Positions 9,457 to 19,273 of a stretch of DNA of 64,000 nucleotides are shown in pieces. A model generated the notes under the pieces. That model saw only the letters and a list, made by a program, of their open reading frames with translations, did no database searches and was not told the origin of the DNA. Every line of letters begins with the position of its first letter. Position 1 is the stretch's first letter. A program made the position numbers and the translations under genes. Location of the stretch: positions 158,940 to 222,939 of the IMG/VR virus record IMGVR_UViG_3300037805_000644. One strand, 5' to 3'.

Positions 9457-9509
9457 GTCTTCGGTCTCCTATCTTCGGCAAGTCTGTACTCGCCTATCTG
9501 GGCCAGGCT

Positions 9510-9523
9510 ATAGGCTCTCTATC
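9510..9523 (-). promoter_or_regulatory. putative late promoter motif
   Basis: Minus strand GAT-agaga-GCCTAT, about 54 nt upstream of 9456. Confidence 0.6.
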
Positions 9524-10361
9524 AGACCCCGCCTGAGGCACCCTGGTCCAAGTTGGCGATGATAACGAACGTGGGGTTGCTCCCCGGGGTTACACTGGAC
9601 AGGTAAATCTCTTTCACGGACCCGAAAGTCGTGATCTCAAAGTCACCACCACCGAGGGCCCCCAGGGCCAGGTAAGGCTGGTTCCAGCCGAAACTCACGG
9701 CGAGGCCGTTGGCGGCGTCCTTGTTACGCACCGTCACCGAGGTGGTTGGCCAGGGGAGGACAACACCTGTGGGAGGACCGTTACCGGCGCCCCCGTTGTC
9801 AAGAGTCTGATCGAAACCCGAGGGGGCGTCCCCTTCGGAGACGCCGAGATCGGTGACTCCCCCGGTGATGACCACGGTGCCTTCACGGAGGCTCAATACC
9901 TCCGGGGGCGGGAGGGCCAGGATCGGACCGGTGATGTCAAACCCTGCGTTTGCCCCTGCAAGGGCCTGGGCGGGGCCCGCAGCGCGGATCTGCTGAACAG
10001 CCAAGTACACCTGGGCGTTGTTCGACAGATTCAGGGCAGGGAAATCCTGCAAGGTGAAGATGGCCCTGGTGGCCTTGCCCAGCTTTTCATCACAGGCACC
10101 CCACCCGTTGCGGCGGATGGTCGGGCTGCGGAACATGCGACCCGCCAGTACGGTGAACAGGTTCTGCCGCACGGCGGGGGCTACAACCCCCGACCCGATG
10201 GGAGCACCATACAGGCTATCCACGCTGGACGACGCCCACACCCGGTACCCGGAGGCGTCCGGGGAGTGTGGGATCTGGATGGAGATGCGGTCAGATGTCC
10301 GCAAGACGATGCCCGGGAACTGACCCCAAGGGCCCATATCAAAGTTGTGTGGCACGCTCAT
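9522..10361 (-). CDS. putative virion structural protein (beta-rich)
   Basis: Rich in Gly/Pro/Thr with beta-like patterning; located in the late block. Confidence 0.5.
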   Translation of the reverse strand: MSVPHNFDMGPWGQFPGIVLRTSDRISIQIPHSPDASGYRVWASSSVDSLYGAPIGSGVVAPAVRQNLFTVLAGRMFRSPTIRRNGWGACDEKLGKATRAIFTLQDFPALNLSNNAQVYLAVQQIRAAGPAQALAGANAGFDITGPILALPPPEVLSLREGTVVITGGVTDLGVSEGDAPSGFDQTLDNGGAGNGPPTGVVLPWPTTSVTVRNKDAANGLAVSFGWNQPYLALGALGGGDFEITTFGSVKEIYLSSVTPGSNPTFVIIANLDQGASGGV

Positions 10362-10732
10362 GCGTTCTTCTCCTCGCGGATCTTCGCATCATAGGCGGCG
10401 GTGTCTCGACCCTTTGAGGTCGCCAACTTCTTGGCGTCTGACCAAGAGTCCACACGTTCCCCGCCTACATTGGGGGCCAGGGTCAAAGCAGGAGCATCTT
10501 TCAACTTCACCTTGCCCTTGGCGGTCAGCCGGCGGTTCTTTTCCCGCATCTGCTGCTTGATCTTCATGTTCTTACCAACCCAGTCGTCTCCTCGTTGGAG
10601 GAACGACACTTGTCCGACCACCCGCTTAGCAGGCTCGCCGCAGTCGCAGGGTTGGGGCTGGGTGCATTCGGACCGATCAACGCTCTTCTCGAACGTCTCG
10701 CCGCAAGGACACTTATAGCTGTAGAGGGGCAT
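10358..10732 (-). CDS. FmdB-family zinc-ribbon protein
   Basis: MPLYSYKCPCGETFE...PCDCG..AKRV. Confidence 0.8.
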   Translation of the reverse strand: MPLYSYKCPCGETFEKSVDRSECTQPQPCDCGEPAKRVVGQVSFLQRGDDWVGKNMKIKQQMREKNRRLTAKGKVKLKDAPALTLAPNVGGERVDSWSDAKKLATSKGRDTAAYDAKIREEKNA

Positions 10733-12413
10733 GGGTACTCCTTCCTTTCAGCTCAAGATACCGAGCTGCGAGGGTCCGAATCTCGACAGACGGGATGGTG
10801 TGTACAGTCCACACCTCACCGTTGATGAGCATATCGGAGAGATACCGAGGGTCAGGCGCCTCAGACCCACGCTTGTGGCGGGGTCGGGGGATGTCCCAAT
10901 CCAGGCCGAGAGCATGATCGAGCACTGCAAGGACATGCTTGCAAACCCCATGCTCATGCACAGGATCCTTGATCACGGGGAAGCTGGCCGTGCCCCGAGG
11001 CTTCCCATACAGGTAGCCGTTCTGCTTGGCCCAGTGCTCGGGCCCCTGCCAACGCCAGTAAGGGCAGTCGCAGGAAAGAAACACGTCAGCCTTGGACAGC
11101 CGTCGGGCATTGCCCTTGGTCTTGCCCTGAACCCGGACCCTGTAAGTACCGGAATTGCCGTTCACGTCGAAAAGCCACATCCCGTTGCGCTGGTCTACCT
11201 TCTTGAGCTTCCAGGTCAGGCCGGTCACCTTCTCCCGGATGCTGTCGTCCACACCCGACATGATGTCGGAGATGCGGAAAGCGAACCTCCGACCCTCTTT
11301 ATTTTGGAAATCGTGCCCCTCGGGGATGACCTTAGCGGACCCGGGGTTGTTCGTAACCTCACCGAAATCGTTGAAGGTTTTCATCCCGGGGTTCCGCTTC
11401 TTTTTGCGCACCCGCTCTTTGCGGTCCGTGGCCCGGTCGTATGCCTGCCCTGGGGGGTCTTTGCGGTCCACCCGCTCATACAGCATCTCTGCGGTGTGCA
11501 TCGCCTCTTGGTACCCTAGGGCCTTGTCCAGGTACCCGAAAAAGTAATCATCATCGATGACGGCCTCGTCGAAAAACTCCACCAAAGGCCGGCTCTGGTA
11601 CATGCCCCCCACCTGGAAAGTCACCCACCCTGTGAGCTGGGAGACGCCCATCACCACACCCCAAGCCTGAGTGGGGAGATGGTAAAACCCAACGGGGCGG
11701 AACAGCGCCTCAGCCTTCTTCTCGCCGGGCTTGTCTTTCCGGTTCTTCAACTTCTCGCGGTACTCGGTCCCCCGCTGCTTGAGAGTGCTGGCCCCCCCAG
11801 GCTTGCGCTCGAACCTCTCAGGCTTCTCCTTTCGCCTCTCCTGGTCCCGCTGGTAGGTCCCCTTGTTCTTGGCCCGGGCATACCACCGCTCCATGCGGCT
11901 GCGTACCTTGCCCCGGTTTTTCTGGTACCACTTCTGGAAGTACCGCTTGGCCTGGCCACGCTGTTCTTTCTGTCGGTCGGACCCTGGGTAAGGCTTGCCC
12001 TGGGCCGCGCCCATGCGTTGAAGTACCGACAGGATCTCCTCCTGGGTGGGCATGATGGGATCATAAAGCTGGGACTCCTCCTCGCTCTCCCCATACACGC
12101 CAGGTCGACGGGTGTTCATCCCTGGACCCGACTGGGCTGGAGAGCCCTTAGAGCCAGGGTGTTCACCCCCGGGCTCGCTTTGGGTGCGAGCCTTGTCCTT
12201 GTGGATGGACTTGTTGCCCTCACCTGTGCCGCTCGGGCCCGGGGTGTTGAAGTTGTGGGGGCCGCTCTTGGTCGTGTTGGTCCACTGAGGGCTAGGGAGC
12301 GCAGAAGGCTTCCTCTCATCCCTCCCCGGCACCGTGGGCTTGGTTCCCGGTGACGGATTCTTGACGACGGTACGGACCCCACTCAGGTCCTGGGAGCGGC
12401 TTGATGTCTTCAT
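10713..12413 (-). CDS. SWIM zinc-finger protein with a basic, low-complexity N-terminal region
   Basis: YRVRV...LSCDCPYW...VCKHVLAVL (CxC...CxH); C-terminal RTLAARY tag. Confidence 0.75.
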   Translation of the reverse strand: MKTSSRSQDLSGVRTVVKNPSPGTKPTVPGRDERKPSALPSPQWTNTTKSGPHNFNTPGPSGTGEGNKSIHKDKARTQSEPGGEHPGSKGSPAQSGPGMNTRRPGVYGESEEESQLYDPIMPTQEEILSVLQRMGAAQGKPYPGSDRQKEQRGQAKRYFQKWYQKNRGKVRSRMERWYARAKNKGTYQRDQERRKEKPERFERKPGGASTLKQRGTEYREKLKNRKDKPGEKKAEALFRPVGFYHLPTQAWGVVMGVSQLTGWVTFQVGGMYQSRPLVEFFDEAVIDDDYFFGYLDKALGYQEAMHTAEMLYERVDRKDPPGQAYDRATDRKERVRKKKRNPGMKTFNDFGEVTNNPGSAKVIPEGHDFQNKEGRRFAFRISDIMSGVDDSIREKVTGLTWKLKKVDQRNGMWLFDVNGNSGTYRVRVQGKTKGNARRLSKADVFLSCDCPYWRWQGPEHWAKQNGYLYGKPRGTASFPVIKDPVHEHGVCKHVLAVLDHALGLDWDIPRPRHKRGSEAPDPRYLSDMLINGEVWTVHTIPSVEIRTLAARYLELKGRSTHAPLQL

Positions 12414-12416
12414 CCG

Positions 12417-13367
12417 TTACTTTCCCAGGTGTTTCTTCACGATATTCTGGATGCCGTGATTGTGGCTGTGAGGCAACACGCAGATGCCAGGGGCCTTCGG
12501 GTCAGGCATCCCTTTCCAGTACACGGTGATGATCCGGGCCGTCCTCTTGGACGGGACAGCGAACACCAGGAAGAGGTTCCATTTCTTGAAAAGGAACTCA
12601 ATGGGCTCTCCCCGGCGGATGGTCATCATGGCGTGTTCGTACTCGTAACTCTTCTGACTTTTCCAGTCATTGAGGCTCTGGCCGAACTGTTTGAGGCCGA
12701 CGCGGATATCCGGGATGCTGATCCCCCGCAGGTCCATGCGGTACTGGGCGTGGCTTGTCAGCTCGATCTGCTTGAACAACCCAGCACCTTGCTCCTTGAG
12801 CGGCTTGTAAACCACTCGGGCCTCCGGGTTGCTCAGGGACTTGCCTTCCTCTACCTTCTCTTGGAGGACATCACGCACCCGGGGTGAGCGAACCTTATCC
12901 TCGATACGGTTGACGACATAGCAGGGACCCGCCTCGGTGGGCAGACCCAAGGCGGGCATGAGGTCCGCCTGCTTGCCCACCCAAGCCGAGGATACCCTCT
13001 GAGAGGCGCTTTCCGACTCGGAGTTCCGATCCATCCCCCCGCCGAAAGCGGGGGATAGGGTCTCCTCGACGAGCTGCTTTTCGGAGAGAGGGAGACGGGC
13101 CCCCAGATAGCTCTCACCCATCTTGACGAGAGCCAGGGCAGTGCGATCCAACACCTGCTCCAGGGCATCCATGCGCTCAGGGGCGGCGATGATAATGTCG
13201 CCAGCCACCTCGAACAGGTGCTCTTTCTGATCCGAAGAGGAGATTAGCTTGCCTGCCCTGTTTACCAGGTGGCGGAGTCGGTGGGTGTCCAAACGAGCCT
13301 GGGTCACACCCTCAGTGATGAGGGCCCAGGCTGCTTGGGAACTGGCGGTTTTGTCGGTCTTGCTCAC
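12417..13367 (-). CDS. protein with a C-terminal DUF4258/BECR-fold RNase-like domain
   Basis: GTG start at 13367 with SD GGAG; LTSHAQYRMDLRGI...LFLVF...IITVYW; internal tag RVSSAWVGKQA. Confidence 0.65.
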   Translation of the reverse strand: MSKTDKTASSQAAWALITEGVTQARLDTHRLRHLVNRAGKLISSSDQKEHLFEVAGDIIIAAPERMDALEQVLDRTALALVKMGESYLGARLPLSEKQLVEETLSPAFGGGMDRNSESESASQRVSSAWVGKQADLMPALGLPTEAGPCYVVNRIEDKVRSPRVRDVLQEKVEEGKSLSNPEARVVYKPLKEQGAGLFKQIELTSHAQYRMDLRGISIPDIRVGLKQFGQSLNDWKSQKSYEYEHAMMTIRRGEPIEFLFKKWNLFLVFAVPSKRTARIITVYWKGMPDPKAPGICVLPHSHNHGIQNIVKKHLGK

Positions 13368-13412
13368 AACGGTCTCCGATGCAGACACAGAAGTCCTCAC
13401 CCAGAGTCGCTG

Positions 13413-13426
13413 ATAGGCGGGCAACC
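13413..13426 (-). promoter_or_regulatory. putative late promoter motif
   Basis: Minus strand GGT-tgccc-GCCTAT, about 46 nt upstream of 13367. Confidence 0.6.
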
Positions 13427-13429
13427 GAA

Positions 13430-14821
13430 TCAGCCGTTGAGGTTGGCGATTGCGGAGCGGATGCGCTTCACGATACCCGGACCCTCGATGGCGCAGATGG
13501 CGTCGATGATCGCAGGGGAGTCCGGGTAGCACTCCACTGCCTCAGAGACCCGGGCACGCCAGTGCTGGCTCTTGTCCCAGGTGGCCACGATCTCTTTGAT
13601 CGAGTCCTCAGGGCTCTTCCGCTGCGGGCCCGTGTGCTTGAGTCCCTGAGTCAACTCCTGAACTGCCTCCTCGGGGGGTCGTGCGGCGGCGGCGAAAAGG
13701 GAGTCACCCGGTGTTGGTGTGGAGACCGCACCCGCCCCCATGGCGTCCCCAATGGAGCGATCAATGGTCACGATCAGGTCATCGTGCTGGACGACCGGCA
13801 TCGAGGCTCGCCGCATGTGCGCGGGGTCTACCCCGTCGTCAATGGCGGCGACCTGAGGGGCCGACCCCACGGTCACAGTGGGGTTCTGCCACTGAGGGGT
13901 CCCCCCCACCTGGGCCTGTAGGTTGCGGATGGCGCCCTGATCCCGAATCAAGGTGCCCGCAGACTCACTGTTCAGGACGGCTCCCGACTGGGAGTCCACC
14001 ATGACTCCCCGGGTGTTGGTGTATTCCTTGAGCTTGGGATCACCCTCATAGCTCGCAGGGGCCGAGATGGAGCTGGTCTTGACCTGCCCGATGGAGGTGC
14101 CCTGCTGGCTATCCATCGCCTGCACGGTGAACTGCCCCTTGGCGCCGACACGGCGGCCACTGGACCCATCCGCCGAGTTGTGTCGCTCCCCCCCCATGCT
14201 GACCGGCTTCTGGATGGGCTGACCGTACGCGATCTGGTTGATCACAGCGCCATTGTACTCGTCAGTGGCAAGGCTGAACTCAGCCTCCGACTTGTACTCT
14301 TTGCGGACAGGCCAGGGCGGGATGACCCCCTCATCAAACCATGCAGGGACGACCTGCCCGTTGGGGAGCTGCTTACGGCCAGGCACGTACTGCACCTGGG
14401 CCTGACGCCCCGCAGCCTGCTGTTGGGCAGTCTGCGGCTGCTGTGGGGCAGTCTGCGGCTGCTGTGCTGCCTGCACGGAGCGAGGGGCGTGGACCTGGCC
14501 GACGACCTGCTCCTCCTCGGTGATCACTGCCGTCCGCATGGCGACCCGGTCACCCTTGGTGGTGTCCGCCTGATGAAGCTGCACGCCCGCAGGCTGCGCC
14601 CGGTAGGTCGAGGAGGTGTCCGAAACGGGCACCAACCAGCCCCCCAGGACGGCGCCCTTGAGGGTGGGCATGGGGTGGCTCTCACCGCCCATCTTGAGGG
14701 TAATGCCGTCGAACTCAACCTCCTGGTCTTTAACCAGGTCCGTTTGGATGGGGCCGAGGTGGAAGGTGGTTGTGGCACGAAGCTTATGAAAGGTGCCGTG
14801 CTTGAATTGAATCTGACTCAT
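13430..14821 (-). CDS. hypothetical protein with a Gln-rich linker
   Basis: 463-aa ORF with good SD (AAGGA); QQPQTA duplication. Confidence 0.7.
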   Translation of the reverse strand: MSQIQFKHGTFHKLRATTTFHLGPIQTDLVKDQEVEFDGITLKMGGESHPMPTLKGAVLGGWLVPVSDTSSTYRAQPAGVQLHQADTTKGDRVAMRTAVITEEEQVVGQVHAPRSVQAAQQPQTAPQQPQTAQQQAAGRQAQVQYVPGRKQLPNGQVVPAWFDEGVIPPWPVRKEYKSEAEFSLATDEYNGAVINQIAYGQPIQKPVSMGGERHNSADGSSGRRVGAKGQFTVQAMDSQQGTSIGQVKTSSISAPASYEGDPKLKEYTNTRGVMVDSQSGAVLNSESAGTLIRDQGAIRNLQAQVGGTPQWQNPTVTVGSAPQVAAIDDGVDPAHMRRASMPVVQHDDLIVTIDRSIGDAMGAGAVSTPTPGDSLFAAAARPPEEAVQELTQGLKHTGPQRKSPEDSIKEIVATWDKSQHWRARVSEAVECYPDSPAIIDAICAIEGPGIVKRIRSAIANLNG

Positions 14822-14888
14822 GTGCCTGTCCTTTAGGGTAATGGGAACCCGCGACTCGCCACAATACCCTGCGGATCTCGGGATCAGT

Positions 14889-15173
14889 TCAGTGGGCTGC
14901 GCTGGGTGTCATCTCGACCAGGGCCAGGGTCCCTCGGAGCTGGTTGATCATGACGGGCAAGAGTTTCGGGGAGACCCGCACCCGGGCTACCACCAGGGCT
15001 CGGTGCAGGGTGGGGCTGTACAGCAAGAATTCCAAGAACACCCGGGAGGGGAGATCTCCGTCGAGTACCCGAAAAGCATTGGCATAGACCCCGAGTTCCA
15101 GGGGGGGCTCGATGCTGATAGCGAGGTCCACCGTGTGGCTGTCCGTCATCCGGTGCCTTTGGAAGGGGTTCAA
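14889..15173 (-). CDS. DUF3467-like small protein
   Basis: GVYANAFRVL...FLEF...ARVRVSP. The start may be MTDSH at 15149. Confidence 0.55.
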   Translation of the reverse strand: MNPFQRHRMTDSHTVDLAISIEPPLELGVYANAFRVLDGDLPSRVFLEFLLYSPTLHRALVVARVRVSPKLLPVMINQLRGTLALVEMTPSAAH

Positions 15174-15218
15174 GGTTAAACCTTACCGGGTAAGATGGTC
15201 AGATTGATGGAGGTAACT

Positions 15219-15650
15219 ATGCAAGAATATGTCGCCGGGTTCATGTTCAACCCTTCCATGACCCAGGTCGCCCTGATCAGGAAAAACAGGCCCCCTTGGC
15301 AGGCAGGCAAGCTCAATGCTGTAGGCGGGAAAGTTGAGCCTGGGGAGGACCCTTTGAGGGCGATGGTTCGGGAGTTTGAGGAGGAGACCGGAGTTCACCA
15401 TGAGAACTGGGAACCCACGGTCATCCTGTCTAAGGATGGGGCGTTCCGGGTCCATTTCTTCCGAACTTTCTCAGAGAAAGCTTATCAGGTAAAGACCGCC
15501 ACGGATGAACCCATCGATCTCTATATGCTGGACGATCTGAATGATCTGAATGCAGGACCCTCTTCGACGACGGTCCCTAACTTGGCCTGGCTGGTTCCAA
15601 TCCAACTGGATCTCCACCTGGCTTTCCCGGTGGTGCTCGTAGAGAAGTAG
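15219..15650 (+). CDS. Nudix hydrolase
   Basis: GGKVEPGEDPLRAMVREFEEETG Nudix box; SD GGAGGT before ATG 15219. Confidence 0.92.
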   Translation: MQEYVAGFMFNPSMTQVALIRKNRPPWQAGKLNAVGGKVEPGEDPLRAMVREFEEETGVHHENWEPTVILSKDGAFRVHFFRTFSEKAYQVKTATDEPIDLYMLDDLNDLNAGPSSTTVPNLAWLVPIQLDLHLAFPVVLVEK

Positions 15651-15656
15651 TTGGGA

Positions 15657-15694
15657 AAAGAAAAACCCTCGACACACAAGGTGTCGAGGGTTTT
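15657..15694. terminator. bidirectional intrinsic terminator
   Basis: AAAACCCTCGACAC-loop-GTGTCGAGGGTTTT, a perfect stem. Confidence 0.85.
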
Positions 15695-15841
15695 AGAGGA
15701 TCCGAAATGCTGCGGACTGCACGAAAGCTTCCAGACAGCAGTGGGTATTCACGAAGGCAACGGCACCTTCCTCCCCACTCGGGAGGCTTGACGTGTCTGT
15801 CAAGCCCAACCACCTTAGATGGTTCCGTCTTTAAGGGGACT
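15657..15841 (-). ncRNA. candidate ~180-nt multi-hairpin small RNA
   Basis: Lies between a TTGACT-N17-TAGATT promoter and the terminator; carries consecutive hairpins and no convincing ORF. Confidence 0.55.
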
Positions 15842-15844
15842 GGG

Positions 15845-15873
15845 AATCTACACTGTGGTGCCCCGCCAGTCAA
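15845..15873 (-). promoter_or_regulatory. sigma70-type promoter
   Basis: -35 TTGACT (15873-15868), 17-nt spacer, -10 TAGATT (15850-15845). Confidence 0.65.
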
Positions 15874-15877
15874 GTAA

Positions 15878-17257
15878 CTAGCGGTACTTATCCGCAGTGT
15901 AAGAGATTTCGGGAACCTCCACCGAACTCTTGGGGGTGACCCCCGCCTCTGCCTCGATCCGTGCCGTCAGGTTACGCTGGGACTTGTCCGCCAAGGCGGT
16001 TCGCCGCTCATGGGCAGCCTGCACCTGCACCAACTCCAGGTGCAGCTCCTTGATGCGAATCGACTCCTGCCGCAAAATCTCCAGGCTTGCGTCCAGGTCG
16101 ATCTGCTCCTGCACATGTCGCAGACGTGCCCGCTCCAGAGCGGCCTCCTCTCGGGCTTCCTGGTCGGCGGCCAGCTTGGGCAACCATTCCTGGTTGAGGT
16201 AATAAGAGAGCGCCGCAGCATGACCCCCACTCAGCTTGAGGTGCCGGGCCTCTGCCTCCAGGACTACCTCGTACTGCGTCTCGATGTGGAACATGCTTGG
16301 GGCCTCCTCGGGCAGCAAGTCCTCGGGGATCTCCTCGGGATCCAAGCCCTCGGGGGTCAGGCTCGGAGGCTCAGGCGACGCGGAGAGGGGCCCCCACAGG
16401 GTGGGAGACGCGGAGGCCAAGGTCACCAGGGCGGGACGGGGGACCGGCTTCGGCGCGAGGCGTGCCCGCATCGGACAGGCTCCTTCAAGCAGGGCGTCAA
16501 AATCGACATCCTCATCGCCCCCACCCGTCTCTGGCTCCGAGAGGGCCTTGGTGGTGTCCGAGATCACCCTGGAGACCACCTCCTCAGTGATATCCCGCTC
16601 AGGAGCCTTGGTGGTGAGCGCATTCGCAGCCACACCCTCTGCCAGCGCAGTATCCCTCGCGATCACGGGTGTGGCCTGCCAGGCCCCTCCGATGCGCTCG
16701 ACGGCACCCGCCCAGGCCCAGGCGGCACCCGGGGGGGCGTCAGGCACCTCAAGGCCGTTGCGGAGTGCCCGGAGTGCCCGGAGTGCCTGATTCGGAGTCA
16801 GGGCACTACGCTGGGCCACCTGGAGAGGAGTCAGCAAACCATCTGCCTGCTGGAGGATGGCCATCACCAAAAGGCTGGCGGCATGATCCTTCGAGCGGGG
16901 GCTCAGCAGGAAAGATGCCCAGTCCGCAGCCTCCAGGCGGGCCCAGACCAGGGACCCATAGTGGGTGATCTTGAACAGGGGGTCCCCAACGCCGGAACCA
17001 GTCCCTTGGTAGAAGACAAGGTTGGAGCCCTCAGCCAGAAGGGCAAGGTGTGCGAACACCCGGTTGTAGCTCCCGGACGACCGGAAAGTCTTCCCCGTGT
17101 GGAGGGACACATGGCCGCCAATGGTGGCCATGTCCAGGCGTCGGCCCTGCTTAGCAAGCTGAGCAGCAGCTCCGAAAGTCAGGAGGGTGGCCCAAGAGGG
17201 CGTGTTGACCCTGCGATGGATACCGTGAATGTCGAAAATGTTGGTCGTATCGGCCAC
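15878..17257 (-). CDS. hypothetical protein (possible winged-helix region, Pro/Glu linker, coiled coil)
   Basis: AILQQADGLLTPLQVAQRSALTPNQALRALRAL is HTH-like; C-terminal heptads. Confidence 0.55.
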   Translation of the reverse strand: MADTTNIFDIHGIHRRVNTPSWATLLTFGAAAQLAKQGRRLDMATIGGHVSLHTGKTFRSSGSYNRVFAHLALLAEGSNLVFYQGTGSGVGDPLFKITHYGSLVWARLEAADWASFLLSPRSKDHAASLLVMAILQQADGLLTPLQVAQRSALTPNQALRALRALRNGLEVPDAPPGAAWAWAGAVERIGGAWQATPVIARDTALAEGVAANALTTKAPERDITEEVVSRVISDTTKALSEPETGGGDEDVDFDALLEGACPMRARLAPKPVPRPALVTLASASPTLWGPLSASPEPPSLTPEGLDPEEIPEDLLPEEAPSMFHIETQYEVVLEAEARHLKLSGGHAAALSYYLNQEWLPKLAADQEAREEAALERARLRHVQEQIDLDASLEILRQESIRIKELHLELVQVQAAHERRTALADKSQRNLTARIEAEAGVTPKSSVEVPEISYTADKYR

Positions 17258-17433
17258 AGGTTTTTTACTCCTTGTCCTGTCGAGAGAACTACCCTTTATG
17301 AGGTAGATCGTTACCCCCTATCTCCACCAGCCCGGTACTGCGGCTATCCTCAACGGGTAAAGAGTCGGTGGCGACCTGCCTCTCGGTGGTTTCTGGGCTC
17401 GCTGTTTTACCTCGACGACTCAAAGGAGTTGCC

Positions 17434-18933
17434 ATGAATCATTGGTGGGAAGAATACGCCGACCTATACTCGGACCGTATTGTCAAAGGAAGGCGATCAG
17501 CGAGCCGCATCGCCAGCATGACGGGACTCACTCTGACACATGCCTCCGCCCTGGCCGCTTTCTGTCGCCGAGGTATCACACCTTGCCCCGATCTGGACGA
17601 CCCCCGCGCCACCAGCACACCCCCGGACGCGGTGCCCCCTGTAGAAGAGGGTGATGGCGAGGTCACTGAGAAAGAGGCCAGCCAGTTTTTCCTCGACTCC
17701 GACTACTTCTACAACAAAGCTGACGACAGCTACGTCACCTGGATCCCGGGCCTCCCCAAGCCCCTGAACCTCCCCGGCGAGGTCCACCGAGAGATCGTAC
17801 GGGCCTACAGCAACTACGATGATCAGCCTGCCAGCATCAACCAGATCGCCAGGACCGTGGGCTTCCCTCGATCCTGGTTGGTCAAGTACCTGCGAGTTCA
17901 CGGTATCACCCACGACCGGGAGCCCTTCACACCCGAGGAGCTGATGGGCCGCACGGATGATGACCTCATCCAGGATGCTCTCCAGCTTCGACGCATGGCG
18001 GTCTACAAGAAACTGGAGAAAGCCAAGTGGGCAGATATCCGCAATGATGCCATGAAGTGGCGGGACCTGGAGACCCATTTTGTGCTCCCGCTCCTGTCGG
18101 CATTGGCCGACCGGGAGCCAGCGGTGGTGCGGCCCATCCCCATGAAAACTGCCCAGACCCCCTTTGCAGGGGTGGTCGGCCTCACTGACTTCCACTGGGG
18201 CAAGTACAGCGACCCGGCTGAGAACTTTGAGGCGTTTGACAAGAACATGGCGCGGGAGCGTCTGTTCGGGGCCACCGAGGACATTGCCTCCAGGCTCCAG
18301 CATCTCGGTCGGCCTGAGAAGCTGTATGTGCCCATCGGCTCGGACTTCCTGCATGTGGACACCGAGCAGGGCACCACCACCAGCGGGACTCAGCAAGATA
18401 TGGACGGGACACCTGCTGAGATGCTGGTTTCTGGTTGCCAGCTCATGGAGGAGTGGATCCTCACACTCACCCAGATCGCACCTGTTGAGCTGGTCCTCAT
18501 GAGTGGGAACCACGACCGTCTGACGGGCTTGGCTATTCTGCTGTACCTGGAGGGGGTCTTCCGCACCAATGACAAGGTGACCGTGCGGCTGGACCGGACC
18601 CCGAGGGTGTACCGGGCCTACGGGAAAAACCTGATCGGGTTCATCCACGGCGATGGTGTCAAGAAAACTACGGACATGGCAGGCCACATGAGCCGGGAGG
18701 CTTCCCGACACTGGCACGCCTGCCCGCACAAGACCGTCTACACGGGACACCTCCACCACGAGAAAACCGAGACCGACGTGGCTTTCGGGGTGACTCGCCG
18801 CCAGCTCCCCTCCCTGGCGGGCTCAGATCGTTGGCACGCCCTTAATGGGTACGTTGGGGCACCTAAGGCTCTCCCACTCTACCTGCATGATCGGGAGCGG
18901 GGCCTCCTGACGGTTCTCTACAGCCCCGCCTAA
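17434..18933 (+). CDS. calcineurin-like metallophosphoesterase with an N-terminal HTH region
   Basis: DFHWG, GSDFLH, GNHD, HGD, GHLH motifs; SINQIARTVG HTH-like; SD AAGGAG. Confidence 0.85.
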   Translation: MNHWWEEYADLYSDRIVKGRRSASRIASMTGLTLTHASALAAFCRRGITPCPDLDDPRATSTPPDAVPPVEEGDGEVTEKEASQFFLDSDYFYNKADDSYVTWIPGLPKPLNLPGEVHREIVRAYSNYDDQPASINQIARTVGFPRSWLVKYLRVHGITHDREPFTPEELMGRTDDDLIQDALQLRRMAVYKKLEKAKWADIRNDAMKWRDLETHFVLPLLSALADREPAVVRPIPMKTAQTPFAGVVGLTDFHWGKYSDPAENFEAFDKNMARERLFGATEDIASRLQHLGRPEKLYVPIGSDFLHVDTEQGTTTSGTQQDMDGTPAEMLVSGCQLMEEWILTLTQIAPVELVLMSGNHDRLTGLAILLYLEGVFRTNDKVTVRLDRTPRVYRAYGKNLIGFIHGDGVKKTTDMAGHMSREASRHWHACPHKTVYTGHLHHEKTETDVAFGVTRRQLPSLAGSDRWHALNGYVGAPKALPLYLHDRERGLLTVLYSPA

Positions 18934-19199
18934 TCGGCATCGTGGTAAGCCTCCTCCCGGGTGAGCACATTGAAGCACCGGGGGGCAGTCCCGTCGGCCA
19001 ACATCGCCTCCCGCACCTTCTGAGGGACGTAGCTGTTCATGAGCTGCATGTCGGCCCGAGAAAGCAACACACCCCCTTCGATGTCGATGACCTCAGGCAC
19101 CGTGCCCTTGAGGCGCATCTCCTGCCGGGCCTCTTCCGAGAGGAGGCCCAGCAGGAGGTTGATGTCGTTGGTGCTCATGTAAACGGTAGCGGTGCTCAC
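18930..19199 (-). CDS. hypothetical protein
   Basis: GTG start with SD AAGGGG; contains an internal two-fold repeat (MS.ND..LL / LS.ADM.LM). Confidence 0.6.
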   Translation of the reverse strand: MSTATVYMSTNDINLLLGLLSEEARQEMRLKGTVPEVIDIEGGVLLSRADMQLMNSYVPQKVREAMLADGTAPRCFNVLTREEAYHDAD

Positions 19200-19273
19200 A
19201 GTGTCCCCTTTGTCCCTGTTTTCTCTCTCACCTCACCTACTACCGAGGCGCCGAGAGTTACCTTTTTCCGGGG

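Noticed and set aside
15657-15873. tRNA, tmRNA, 6S or hammerhead identity for the sRNA; the 98-aa ORF 15577..15873
   Set aside because: There is no T-arm or acceptor stem, no long 6S-like rod and no CUGAUGA/GAAA core. The ORF starts at the -35 TTG, lacks an SD and runs through a terminator.
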